Assembly: GCA_964648665.1 (NCBI GenBank)
Contig: CAZYOA010000003.1
Location: 17,449 to 81,448 of the forward strand
DNA from: an uncultured Planctomycetales bacterium
GTDB taxonomy: Bacteria > Omnitrophota > Gorgyraeia > Zapsychrales > Aceulaceae
Length of the DNA stretch: 64,000 nucleotides
Direction: 5' to 3'
The translations under genes were made by a program, and so were the position numbers. Below are positions 52,516 through 62,297 of this stretch, piece after piece; the first letter of the stretch is position 1; every line of letters starts with the position of its first letter. The notes below the pieces were generated by a model. That model saw nothing but the letters and a program-made list of their open reading frames with translations. It was not told where the DNA came from and made no database searches.

Positions 52516-53808
52516 ATGAAAAAAATTCTCTTATTCCTTTTTTTTATTATGCTTTTTGGATTCGGGTGTTCACAAGAAAACCAGACAAAAGGTGTAACTG
52601 TTTGGCACTGGATGACGGATCGCCAAGAATCTTTTTTAAAACTCGCCCAACAATACCAAGAACAAACAGGCATTGAAGTTAGATTTGAACTATATGCCCC
52701 TTCAGAACTATATTCACGAAAAACAATTGCAGCTGCTCAGGCAAGTGTATTGCCAGATATTTATGGTATTTTAGGAGAAAAGAAAAGACTCGCTTCTTTT
52801 ATTGAGGGAGGATTTGTTGCTAATTTATCGCCAGATTTTGAAGCGAATGAAGGTATTTGGGAGAAAAATCTTTTTGTAAAAGCGATAAATGTTAATCGAT
52901 TTGAAGAAGGCAATGTTTATGGCATTAAGCCAGGTATTTATGGCGTACCCTTAGATGTCACAAATATTCAAATGCTTTATAATAAGAACATTCTTAAAAA
53001 AGCAGGAATTGATCAACCACCGCTTACATTTGATCAATTTATTAAAGATGCTGTTATTTTGCGTCGCATGGGAATTGATGGATTTGTTTCAGGGTGGGGA
53101 GAAGCGTGGATAATTGAGTGTTTTGCGTCAAATTATGCTTTTAACATTATGGGTGAAGAAAAAATAATGGCAACATATCGAGGAGAAGTGTCGTATACAG
53201 ATCCAGATTGGATTACGGTCTTTAATATTTTTAAAATCTTAAAAGATAAAAATATTTTTGTTGAAGGCATTGTTACAAAAGGTAATAAATATGCGGAGCA
53301 AGATTTTGCTTTAGAGCGCGCGGCTTTTGCTTTTAATGGATCCTGGTGTGTTAATGTTTATGATAAAATGAATCCAGATCTTAATTATGGCACGATGCTC
53401 CCTCCTCGATACAATCTTGAGAGTCCTATGAAAATTTGGGGTGGAGCAGGATCGTCATTAGTTGTTAATCCAACATCAAAAAATAAACAGGCTGCTATTA
53501 ATTTTTTAAAATGGCTGACGGCTAAAGAGCAGCAAGCTTTTTTGTCTAAGCAAACAAAGAATTTGCCTGCGAATCGTCATGCGTTATCGTTTCTTCCAAA
53601 AATCCTTTCGCAATTTGCGAGTTCTATGGAGGATGCAACTCATCCGTCAATTTGGAAACATAACGAGAATTTATTAGTTTCTGAAGCATTTGCAAAAGGT
53701 ATTCAGTCTATTATTATTGGAGAAAAAACACCTGAAGAAGCGGCTCGAGATATTCAAGCTGTTAAAGTGTATGAAATGGAAAAAGACAAGAAGAGACTGA
53801 ATAGATGA
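52516..53808 (+). CDS. ABC sugar transporter substrate-binding lipoprotein (family 1)
   Basis: ATG 52516; lipobox 'LFGFGCS'; 'VTVWHWM', 'YGVPLD' and 'NKQAAINFLKWLT' are typical of CUT1 binding proteins. Confidence 0.85.
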   Translation: MKKILLFLFFIMLFGFGCSQENQTKGVTVWHWMTDRQESFLKLAQQYQEQTGIEVRFELYAPSELYSRKTIAAAQASVLPDIYGILGEKKRLASFIEGGFVANLSPDFEANEGIWEKNLFVKAINVNRFEEGNVYGIKPGIYGVPLDVTNIQMLYNKNILKKAGIDQPPLTFDQFIKDAVILRRMGIDGFVSGWGEAWIIECFASNYAFNIMGEEKIMATYRGEVSYTDPDWITVFNIFKILKDKNIFVEGIVTKGNKYAEQDFALERAAFAFNGSWCVNVYDKMNPDLNYGTMLPPRYNLESPMKIWGGAGSSLVVNPTSKNKQAAINFLKWLTAKEQQAFLSKQTKNLPANRHALSFLPKILSQFASSMEDATHPSIWKHNENLLVSEAFAKGIQSIIIGEKTPEEAARDIQAVKVYEMEKDKKRLNR

Positions 53809-54734
53809 TAAAAAATAAGGTAATTAGTAGGTTTTCATTCCTAGAATTTAAGGGCGTGTTTGAGAATTATTTATTTATCTTGCCGGCTGTTGTGATTTTT
53901 GCTCTTTTTTATATTTATCCGTTTTACGAGATTTTTAATTTATCCTTGCATGAATGGAACGGAATTAGTTCAGTGCGCCAATTTATTGGTATTGATAATT
54001 TCAAAGAAATTATGCAAGATAAAGTGTGGTGGTCGTCGATGTGGAACGCAGGATATATCACGATTATTGCATTGACCTTTCAGAATATGTTGGCGTTTTC
54101 GCTTGCTTTGTCGTGTGATCGTGATATCCGTATGCGTAAGTTCTATCGCGTCATTTTTTATTTACCGCCTATCTTATCAGAGGTTGTGGTTGGTTTAGTT
54201 TGGCAGTGGATTTTAAATTCTGGAGTACAAGGTGGAGAACCGATTGGTCTTCTGAACTATTTCTTAACTAAAGTTCATTTATACCATCTTGTGCACAATT
54301 GGCTTTCAGATCCAAAAACTGTTTTGACATGTATTGCTCTTGTTCATAGCTGGAAAGGTTTTGGTTGGGGTTTTATTATTTTATTGGCAGGGCTTCAGAC
54401 GATTGATCGACAGCTTTATGAAGCAGCTCAGGTTGATGGTGCAGGTGTATTTAGTATTTTTAAAAATATTACAATTCCAATGATGATGCCAGTTTTTATC
54501 TTGGTTATGATTTTAACAATTTTAGGTTCAATGCAGGTTTTTATCCTTGTTCTGTCAATGGTTGGACAGGGATTAGTTTATCATACTGAAGTTCCGGTGA
54601 CTCGCATTCTTGTCTCGATGATGGGAACAGGGCGTTTTGGATATGCATGTGCACAAGGTGTTGTTTTTGGATTAATTTTGATTATTGGTTCGTTTATGAT
54701 TAAAAAAATATCGGCAAAGGTTAAACAGGAATAA
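53805..54734 (+). CDS. ABC sugar transporter permease (MalF/UgpA-like)
   Basis: 6 TM helices and the EAA loop 'YEAAQVDGAGVFSIFKNITIPMM'. Confidence 0.88.
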   Translation: MIKNKVISRFSFLEFKGVFENYLFILPAVVIFALFYIYPFYEIFNLSLHEWNGISSVRQFIGIDNFKEIMQDKVWWSSMWNAGYITIIALTFQNMLAFSLALSCDRDIRMRKFYRVIFYLPPILSEVVVGLVWQWILNSGVQGGEPIGLLNYFLTKVHLYHLVHNWLSDPKTVLTCIALVHSWKGFGWGFIILLAGLQTIDRQLYEAAQVDGAGVFSIFKNITIPMMMPVFILVMILTILGSMQVFILVLSMVGQGLVYHTEVPVTRILVSMMGTGRFGYACAQGVVFGLILIIGSFMIKKISAKVKQE

Positions 54735-54737
54735 ACA

Positions 54738-55595
54738 ATGAAGCTTAGCTTGTATCTGAATCGTTATAAAGCCACTAAAGTTTTGGGTTCGATTTTTTTG
54801 CATACATTCTTAATGGCAGTTGCTATAACATGCCTATTTCCTCTTATCTGGATGTTTCGTTCAGCCTTGATGACAAATCAGACGATATTTGTTGATAAAG
54901 GAATTGTTCCGAGTTCGATTCATTTTGAGAATTTTTATCTTGCTTGGACCAAGGGTGGGTTTGGCATGTATTTCTTCAATAGTGTTGTGTATACGGTTTG
55001 TGTTGTTTTTGGCATTGTTATTATTTCTTCTTTGGCAGCGTATGCTTTTTCTCGTCTAAAGTTTCCAGGAAAAAATCTCTTTTTTTATATGTTTTTAATT
55101 GCTATGATGATTCCTTTGCCAGGAAGCTTTGTTCCGCTGTATGTTTTGATGAATAAACTTCATTTGGTAAATACGCGCATTGGGTATATTTTATGTATGA
55201 TTAATGTTGGATTGTCGTTAAGTATTTATATACTTAAAACGTTTTTTGATAAAATGCCGTCGGCACTAGAGGATGCGGCGCGTATGGATGGATGTTCTAA
55301 GCTTGGTATTTGGTTGCATGTTGCTCTTCCTTTGGCACGTCCAGCAATTGCAGCTATTGTTATTTTTAATACTTTGACTGTTTGGAACGAATATATTTTA
55401 GCCACGTTGCTTTTAAACGATAAATCGTTAATGCCTTTGCAGCGTGGACTAATGGTTTTTCAGGGGACGCATAGTGTAGATTATCCTCTTTTGATGGCAG
55501 GTTTGACAATTACTGTTGCACCGGTTGTCTTGGTTTATCTCTTTATGCAAAAACATATTATTAAAGGTCTATCAGCAGGAGCAATCGTCGGATGA
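54738..55595 (+). CDS. ABC sugar transporter permease (MalG/UgpE-like)
   Basis: 6 TM helices and the EAA loop 'LEDAARMDGCSKLGIWLHVALPLARP'. Confidence 0.88.
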   Translation: MKLSLYLNRYKATKVLGSIFLHTFLMAVAITCLFPLIWMFRSALMTNQTIFVDKGIVPSSIHFENFYLAWTKGGFGMYFFNSVVYTVCVVFGIVIISSLAAYAFSRLKFPGKNLFFYMFLIAMMIPLPGSFVPLYVLMNKLHLVNTRIGYILCMINVGLSLSIYILKTFFDKMPSALEDAARMDGCSKLGIWLHVALPLARPAIAAIVIFNTLTVWNEYILATLLLNDKSLMPLQRGLMVFQGTHSVDYPLLMAGLTITVAPVVLVYLFMQKHIIKGLSAGAIVG

Positions 55596-57904
55596 AAAAT
55601 TTATTATTTTTAGGTCGAGCATTTATTTTTATTAGCTTGTGTTTAGTGGGAACAAATAGTTTTGCGCAAGAATTAACTTCGCAAGATTATGTTTTAAAGG
55701 CATGGGAAGCATCTTCATCTGGAAATTTTGAAGACGTTGAACGCTTAACAACTCAATGTGTTGAAAAGTATAGTGATGAAGCTAAGCAACAGCAATCGAC
55801 ATTAAGTGCGTTTCCTCTCAAGGGAACAGAAGAAGAATATGATGCGCTTAATGCTGTTGCAACATGTTTATTTATTCATGCGGAAGCGTTGATGAATAAA
55901 GGAGAGACGGATAAGGCTATTGAGCTTTTTCGTCAGGCAACAGATGATTATTCTTGGGCGCAATCTTGGGATCCTCGAGGGTGGTATTGGTCGGTGGCTG
56001 AAAAGAGTCAAGCAAGTTTAGACAAGCTTGAAGGAAAAGAAGAAAAAAAGAAAGAAGTTAAGATTGATCGTGGACCGAAGACAATACCAACTCTTGCGTT
56101 TCCTGGCACAGAAGAAATTATTGATTATGAAGAGTATGGTCATTTTGAAAATATTGGAACAAAAAATTATACTTATGTCATGGACGATCCCGCCGGACTA
56201 ATGAAAGCCGTTGGTGAAGGAATTTATCCGAACACCAGTGGTGTTCTTAAAGATCCGACATATCGCAAGTTTCAGAAAGAAGGCGCTTTATATAAAAGTC
56301 ATTGGGATTATGTGCAAACGGATGATCTTCAAAAAGCATTTTATAAATGGGCAACAGCGTCAGAGCCTCACGGCGTTAAACTTTTTTATTTAGGTCTTGT
56401 TTTTGAAAAAGCAAATATGATTTATGATGCCTTAAAGACATATCGTGCGATTCAAATTCATTTTCCAGCGTCGGTTGGGCGAACATATTGGAATACGCCG
56501 TGGTATCCGGGGCAGGCAGCGATTGCAAAAATTCGGCATATTATCAGTATTCATCCAGAGTTAGAATTAAAATATGAAAATGCTAAAGTTCAAGTGATTA
56601 ATGGGTTTGATAATGATATCGCTAATGATATTGTGTTGACTTGGCCTGGAACTTTAAGAAAAAAAACATTTTGGGATAAGATTGTTGAAAAGATTAAATC
56701 ATGGATTCCGTCGATAAAATCTGATTATCGGATTAAAAATATTAAAAAGTCTATTGGTGGGAAAAAAGTTCGCCTAGTTCAGTCTGCAGATACAGGACAT
56801 TGGCAATTGTTAGTTAACAATAAACCGTTTATGATTCAAGCGGTTACTTATCAATCAACAAAAGTTGGACAAAGTCCAGACAAGGGAACGCTAGCAGATT
56901 GGATGCTTGAAGATACAAATAAAAATGGTCTTGCTGATGGTCCATATGATTCTTGGGTTGATAAAAATTTAAATAATGTTCAAGATGAAGATGAACCGGT
57001 AGAGGGCGATTTTAAGCTCATGAAAGACATGGGCGTTAATACCATTCGTGTTTACAAGCAGCCTTATAATCCTAGCAAGGAAGTCCTTCGAAAAATGTAT
57101 GACGAGCATGGAATTATGGTTATCATGGGAGATTTCTTAGGAAAATATGCTCTTGGGTCTGGTGCGACTTGGTTTGAAGGAACAGATTATGAGAATTCAA
57201 AACACAAAAAAACTATGATGGAATCTGTTCGAAAAATGGTTAATGAATTTAAAGATGAGCCGTATGTTTTAATGTGGCTATTGGGTAATGAAAATAATTA
57301 TGGTTTAGGATGTAATGCGGATAAAAAACCTCGTGCGTACTATGAGTTTATTGAAGAAGTTGCAAGCATGATTAAAACCATCGATTCAAGTCATCCTGTT
57401 GCGATATCGAATGGAGATACACTGTTTCTTGATATTTTTGCAGAAAGTTGTCCATCTGTTGATGCTTTTGCAGCAAATGCGTATCGTGGAGATTATGGAT
57501 TTGGCTCTTATTGGGATCAAGTTCTTGATGCCTCTGGTAAAGCTGCATTTATTACAGAATTTGGATGTCCAGCTTACGCGAATCATTTAAGTCGCGAAGA
57601 TGCTGAGCAAGCTCAGGCAGATTATCATAATGGTGCTTGGAGTGATATTATTTTAAATGCTGCTGGAACCAAAGAAGGCGCTGGCAACGCGATTGGAGCT
57701 GTTATTTTTCAATGGAATGATGAATGGTGGAAGAACTATGAACCTGCATTTCATGATAAAACTGCAGGTGCATTAGGTCCTTTTCCTGATGGATACATGT
57801 ATGAGGAGTGGTTTGGGATAACAGGACAGGGGGATGGTAAAAATAGCCCATTTTTGCGTCATTTGAGGAAATCTTACGATTATTATAAAAAAGTTTGGAA
57901 TTAG
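55592..57904 (+). CDS. Secreted clan GH-A (TIM-barrel) glycoside hydrolase with N-terminal novel module
   Basis: It has a signal peptide. The C-terminal half carries 'GVNTIRVYKQ', the acid/base motif 'WLLGNENNYG' and the nucleophile motif 'AFITEFGCPAY'. The GH family cannot be assigned by eye. Residues ~27-145 form the module repeated in the next gene. Confidence 0.6.
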   Translation: MKNLLFLGRAFIFISLCLVGTNSFAQELTSQDYVLKAWEASSSGNFEDVERLTTQCVEKYSDEAKQQQSTLSAFPLKGTEEEYDALNAVATCLFIHAEALMNKGETDKAIELFRQATDDYSWAQSWDPRGWYWSVAEKSQASLDKLEGKEEKKKEVKIDRGPKTIPTLAFPGTEEIIDYEEYGHFENIGTKNYTYVMDDPAGLMKAVGEGIYPNTSGVLKDPTYRKFQKEGALYKSHWDYVQTDDLQKAFYKWATASEPHGVKLFYLGLVFEKANMIYDALKTYRAIQIHFPASVGRTYWNTPWYPGQAAIAKIRHIISIHPELELKYENAKVQVINGFDNDIANDIVLTWPGTLRKKTFWDKIVEKIKSWIPSIKSDYRIKNIKKSIGGKKVRLVQSADTGHWQLLVNNKPFMIQAVTYQSTKVGQSPDKGTLADWMLEDTNKNGLADGPYDSWVDKNLNNVQDEDEPVEGDFKLMKDMGVNTIRVYKQPYNPSKEVLRKMYDEHGIMVIMGDFLGKYALGSGATWFEGTDYENSKHKKTMMESVRKMVNEFKDEPYVLMWLLGNENNYGLGCNADKKPRAYYEFIEEVASMIKTIDSSHPVAISNGDTLFLDIFAESCPSVDAFAANAYRGDYGFGSYWDQVLDASGKAAFITEFGCPAYANHLSREDAEQAQADYHNGAWSDIILNAAGTKEGAGNAIGAVIFQWNDEWWKNYEPAFHDKTAGALGPFPDGYMYEEWFGITGQGDGKNSPFLRHLRKSYDYYKKVWN

Positions 57905-58002
57905 TCGAAATTTTCAGCAAAATGAAAAAAAATATGCTATACTTTCTTTAAATTCAAAGATGTGTGATCATATTAACTATATTAGTTAAAGGAGGGGGAC
58001 GT

Positions 58003-58857
58003 ATGAAAAAAGTTTTAATTTGTGCCCTATTAATTTCGGGTATTGGGCTTGCTAGTCCAGCGATCTCATCAGCTTATAATTTTGGTGATTATCGCTCTGT
58101 GACGCTTGCAACAAAATCTTGGGATGCGCTTAATCAAGGTGATATTGAGGCTGTTTTAGCGTATACAAATAAGTGTGTTGAGCTTTATGGTGCGCAAGCA
58201 GGGAAAATGCAGGCTTCAATGGATGGATATGTTGAAGGACCGAAAGAAGATGTTTTCAAGAAGTGGGCCTTGAATGATGTTGCGACATGTCTTTATGTTC
58301 AAGCAGAAGCTTATCGCAAAGCAAATATGATGGATGAAGCAAAAGAAACATATCAAAAAATTGTTGATAATTATTCTTATGCACAATGCTGGGACGCTGG
58401 AGGATGGTTTTGGAAACCGGCAGAAGCTGCACAAGAAAAACTTGATGCAATAGAATCTGGTTTGGATGCTGATTTTAGCGATTCAACATCTTCAGGCTTA
58501 TCATCTAAAGCTTGGGAAGCTTATGCTGCCGATGATTTAGAATCTGTTTTGTTGTATACAAATAAATGTCTTAAATTATATGGTGACAAAGCAAAAACAA
58601 TGCAAGCTTCTTTGACTGAATTTCCTTGGGAAACAAATGAGGAAATCTTTTCATATTGGGCGCTTAATGATGTCGGAACTTGCCTTTTTATTCAGGGTGA
58701 TGCGTATAAAAAAGCTGGCATGACTGAAGAAGCTAAAGCGTCATTTAATCAATTGATTGATGATTATTATTTTGCACAATGTTGGGATACGCAAGGATGG
58801 TTCTGGAAGCCATCAGACGCAGTAAAGCAAAGACTTCTTGAAATTGAAGAGATGTAA
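58003..58857 (+). CDS. Secreted protein made of two tandem copies of the novel ~120-aa helical module
   Basis: ATG 58003 follows the SD 'ggaggggg'. It has a signal peptide (KKVLICALLISGIGLASPAISSA). Both halves read '..KxW[DE]A....D.E.VL.YTNKC..LYG..A..MQAS...WALNDV.TCL..Q..AY.KA.M..EAK......IDxY..AQCWD..GWFWKP'. Confidence 0.6.
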   Translation: MKKVLICALLISGIGLASPAISSAYNFGDYRSVTLATKSWDALNQGDIEAVLAYTNKCVELYGAQAGKMQASMDGYVEGPKEDVFKKWALNDVATCLYVQAEAYRKANMMDEAKETYQKIVDNYSYAQCWDAGGWFWKPAEAAQEKLDAIESGLDADFSDSTSSGLSSKAWEAYAADDLESVLLYTNKCLKLYGDKAKTMQASLTEFPWETNEEIFSYWALNDVGTCLFIQGDAYKKAGMTEEAKASFNQLIDDYYFAQCWDTQGWFWKPSDAVKQRLLEIEEM

Positions 58858-58926
58858 TTTTTAGCGTAAAGCTATTAAATTAAACTCCATGGCAAAGATG
58901 TAAAAAGTTTTATTGAAAGGGGACGT

Positions 58927-59559
58927 ATGAGTAAGATGTCTAAAGTCCTTTTTTTGTTATTATGTGTTGTTGTGATTGGATGTGATCAATCAGGAACTCC
59001 CGTAGCAGAAGAAGCGGCAGAAATTAAAACTGAAAATTCTTTTAATCCTTTTCCTGTTTATACAAATATTGGTTCTCGAGATAATCATTTTGTTCCTTCT
59101 GGGTTTATGCCAGACGGATCATGTCTTGAGTTTTCTGATCGGTGGGTAGAAAGGTGTCATTCTGAGAGAACTTGTTTTCGCATTGCTTATGACGTTGAAT
59201 GTTCTAGGCAAGGAGCGCGATGGGTTGGTGTCTATTGGCAAAATCCAGCGAACAATTGGGGAAATCGAAAAGGTGGATATAATTTAGATGGTGCAACAAA
59301 ATTAACGTTTTGGGCTAAAGGGGAAAATGGTGGTGAGCGTATCGAAGAATTTAAGATGGGTGGCATCACAGGGGATTACCCAGACACAGATACGGCTTTT
59401 ATCGGACCTGTTATTTTAACGCCAGAGTGGAAACAATATACAATTGATTTAAGAGGAAAAGATCTTTCGTATGTTAGTGGTGGTTTTTCTTGGTCAACAA
59501 ATGTTGATGTAAATCCACAAGATTGTACGTTTTATTTAGATGATATTCGATACGAATAA
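58927..59559 (+). CDS. Lipoprotein with putative carbohydrate-binding (CBM-like beta-sandwich) domain
   Basis: Lipobox 'VVIGC'; 'WVGVYWQNPANNWGNRKGGYNLDGATKLTFWAKGENGGERIEEFKMGG' and 'FYLDDIRYE' resemble CBM-type modules. The call also rests on the locus context. Confidence 0.45.
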   Translation: MSKMSKVLFLLLCVVVIGCDQSGTPVAEEAAEIKTENSFNPFPVYTNIGSRDNHFVPSGFMPDGSCLEFSDRWVERCHSERTCFRIAYDVECSRQGARWVGVYWQNPANNWGNRKGGYNLDGATKLTFWAKGENGGERIEEFKMGGITGDYPDTDTAFIGPVILTPEWKQYTIDLRGKDLSYVSGGFSWSTNVDVNPQDCTFYLDDIRYE

Positions 59560-59580
59560 AATAATTTTAAATAAAAATTT

Positions 59581-59614
59581 AAAAAGGGAATGATTTTTTT
59601 CATTCCCTTTTTTT
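59581..59614 (+). terminator. Intrinsic terminator
   Basis: aaaaa-gggaatga-tttttt-tcattccc-ttttttt. Confidence 0.75.
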
Positions 59615-59734
59615 ATTTTTAAATTATAGAATAAAAAAACATTCTTTTACTTGTTTTATATTTAATAGTTTGATATATTAAGTTTATTAATATAAACGTT
59701 ATCATTTTTAACTTTTAATCAAAAGAGGGTATCT

Positions 59735-61009
59735 ATGTCAAACGCAGCAAAACAAGTTATTGGTATTTTACTTTTGCTTTTAGGCGTAAGCATTTTCGTT
59801 GCTTTATCTACTTTTAGCCAAAAAACTGATCTTGAAGGAAAAAATACTCAGCTTCAAGAACAAGCTTCTCAGAGCAAGAAAAAAGCTTCTGAATATGAGC
59901 AAAAACATAAAGCTGCGATAAGCGAATCAGAGAGTCTAAAGCAAAAATCTGATGCTCTTGTATCTCAAAAAGAAGATCTTGAAGATGAGCTTGATGCTAT
60001 TTCAGATCGCATGCAAGATTTAAAATCGCGTGTTGATGATGCTGTTGATGAAAAAGAAGAATGGCGAACACGTTATCAAGAAGTGCAAGGTGAGCGTGAT
60101 GATGCGATTGCAAAACTTCAAGAAGCGTTAATTAGAAAAGAAGCTGCAGCAGTTGTACAGCAGCCTCAAGTTGTTCGACGTAATGTTGATTTTGGTGCTA
60201 TGGACGATAGGGACACAGAACAGCATTGGGCAAATATTTTAAAAGAAAAAACTGAGCTTGAAATTCGTATTGGTAATTTAGAATCTGACTTGGATCAAAG
60301 TGCGATGGACATCGAAGAGCTTCGCAAGAAAAATTCTGATCTTGATATTGAGGTTGGATATTTAAAGAATTCTCGAGAAGAAGCTGAACGTCAATTGACA
60401 TATAATAAAGAGATTACAGATAATTTATCAATTGCGTTAGTTCGTGAAAAAAATGATAAAAAATATGTCAATGAACGCTTGGATAGCATGAAGGATGAAA
60501 ATTTGGCATTGCGTTCACAAGTTAAGCAATTGAATAGTGTCAAGATTGCTTTGGAAAAAAGTATTGCTCAAGTTCAAGAAGAAAAGTCCAAAGTTCAAAA
60601 GAGATTAGAGGAAACAGAAATTATTGTTCAGGATCGCATTGATGAAGTTATGGACATAAGAATGGATATTGATAAAAGGCTTTATGGTTCACAAAAAGTT
60701 CAAAATCAAGTTATGTTGCCACCAATTGTAGTTAATGGATCTTCGATGTCTTCGTCTTATGATGATTTTGATACAACGCCAACCTATGCAACAACAACTG
60801 GCGAGATCATTAGCGTTAATGGTGAAAATAATTTTGTTATTATCGATCTTGGCGAAGATTCTGGTATTATGATCGGTGATCAGTTAGCTGTTTATCGAAA
60901 TAGCGAGTATATCGGGGACCTAGAAGTTATTCAGGTTCGAAAAGATATTTCCGCGGCTGATATCATTAAGATATCTTCACCGCTTAAAGCTGGCGACATT
61001 GTCAAATAA
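59735..61009 (+). CDS. Membrane-anchored coiled-coil protein with small C-terminal beta domain
   Basis: N-terminal TM helix (VIGILLLLLGVSIFVALSTF), ~300 aa of coiled coil, and the C-terminal 'GEIISVNGENNFVIIDLGEDSGIMIGDQLAVYRNSEYIGDLEVIQV'. Confidence 0.55.
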   Translation: MSNAAKQVIGILLLLLGVSIFVALSTFSQKTDLEGKNTQLQEQASQSKKKASEYEQKHKAAISESESLKQKSDALVSQKEDLEDELDAISDRMQDLKSRVDDAVDEKEEWRTRYQEVQGERDDAIAKLQEALIRKEAAAVVQQPQVVRRNVDFGAMDDRDTEQHWANILKEKTELEIRIGNLESDLDQSAMDIEELRKKNSDLDIEVGYLKNSREEAERQLTYNKEITDNLSIALVREKNDKKYVNERLDSMKDENLALRSQVKQLNSVKIALEKSIAQVQEEKSKVQKRLEETEIIVQDRIDEVMDIRMDIDKRLYGSQKVQNQVMLPPIVVNGSSMSSSYDDFDTTPTYATTTGEIISVNGENNFVIIDLGEDSGIMIGDQLAVYRNSEYIGDLEVIQVRKDISAADIIKISSPLKAGDIVK

Positions 61010-61021
61010 AGTATTGGTATC

Positions 61022-62026
61022 GTGATTAAAAAGAAAATTAGCATTGAAGATGTAGCAGCGCGGGCCGGCGTATCTATTACGACGGTTTCTCGTGTTATTA
61101 ATAACGTTCATACTGTTTCTAAGAAGAATCGTGTTAAAGTTGAAGAAGCGATTGCTCACTTTAATTTTAAGCCTAATGTTAGCGCCCAGCGTCTTGCCAA
61201 GGGATTAAATAATGCTGTAGGTCTTGTTATGCCAGGATATCCTGGCATTTTTCATTCCTTTTATGCTATCGAAATTATTCGCGGCATTGGGCATGCTTGC
61301 GAAACATTAAGACTTGATTTAATTTTTCATATTACAAATGGCGGCAATCCGCTAAATACAAATAATGTTGGTGGTGTTATTTTCGCCGATATTATTGAAA
61401 ATCGAAAGCAAATTGAATCAACGCTAGCCGAAGGCATTCCTTGTATGGTTATTAATAATATCGTTGATGATTTAAAAGTTAATTATATTGCTGTTGATAA
61501 TGTTAAGGGTGCGTATATGGCTACTGAATATTTAAACAGTTTGGGCCATACAAAAATTGCTACAATTGCTGGAAGTCTTCAAACTCAAAGTGGATTACAT
61601 CGATTGCAAGGATATAAGGATCTTTTAAAGAAAAAGAATATTGCCATCAATGATGATTATATTTATGAAGGAGATTATTCTAGGCGTAGCGCCAGGCTTG
61701 CTTTTGATCAGTTATTTTCACTTAAAGAAAAACCTACAGCAATTTTTGCTGCAAGTGATGACATGGCACTTGAAATTATTAATATTGCGATTGAAAAAGG
61801 CCTTAAGGTTCCAGAAGATTTATCGGTTGTTGGTTTTGATGACAATCCAAATGGTTTGTATGGTTCCGTTGGTCTTACAACTATGCGCCAGCCGTTATTT
61901 AAAATGGCAGAGGATGCCGTGCGCAACCTCAACACTATTGTAGCTGGCCGTAGACACACCCCCGTTAGAAGTTTGCTTGATCCTGAGCTTGTAATCAGAG
62001 AATCTTGTGGATCTCCAAAAGCGTAA
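61022..62026 (+). CDS. LacI-family transcriptional regulator
   Basis: GTG start; HTH 'ISIEDVAARAGVSITTVSRVINN' followed by a periplasmic-binding-protein-like sugar-binding domain. Confidence 0.9.
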   Translation: MIKKKISIEDVAARAGVSITTVSRVINNVHTVSKKNRVKVEEAIAHFNFKPNVSAQRLAKGLNNAVGLVMPGYPGIFHSFYAIEIIRGIGHACETLRLDLIFHITNGGNPLNTNNVGGVIFADIIENRKQIESTLAEGIPCMVINNIVDDLKVNYIAVDNVKGAYMATEYLNSLGHTKIATIAGSLQTQSGLHRLQGYKDLLKKKNIAINDDYIYEGDYSRRSARLAFDQLFSLKEKPTAIFAASDDMALEIINIAIEKGLKVPEDLSVVGFDDNPNGLYGSVGLTTMRQPLFKMAEDAVRNLNTIVAGRRHTPVRSLLDPELVIRESCGSPKA

Positions 62027-62122
62027 TTTTTAAAATATTTCCAACCTAACTATTGTTGACAATCAAACTTTGACGAGGTATTCTTATAGTCGTTAAATTT
62101 ATAAGAATTTATGGAGGATAAA

Positions 62123-62290
62123 ATGAATAAATTTATTATATTTATGATGTATGCATTATGGGTATTGACGATTGCTGGTCTTTTAGTAATCACATTTACA
62201 AGTTTCCGTTATACGGATCTGAATATTATTGTCGCTGTTTTCGCGGCTTTGACGTTAATCAACACATATATTACAGTTAAGACAAAATAA
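62123..62290 (+). CDS. Small 2-TM membrane protein (55 aa; below the ORF-track cutoff)
   Basis: ATG 62123 follows the SD 'ggagga'. Product: MNKFIIFMMYALWVLTIAGLLVITFTSFRYTDLNIIVAVFAALTLINTYITVKTK. Confidence 0.4.
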   Translation: MNKFIIFMMYALWVLTIAGLLVITFTSFRYTDLNIIVAVFAALTLINTYITVKTK

Positions 62291-62297
62291 AAGAGAA

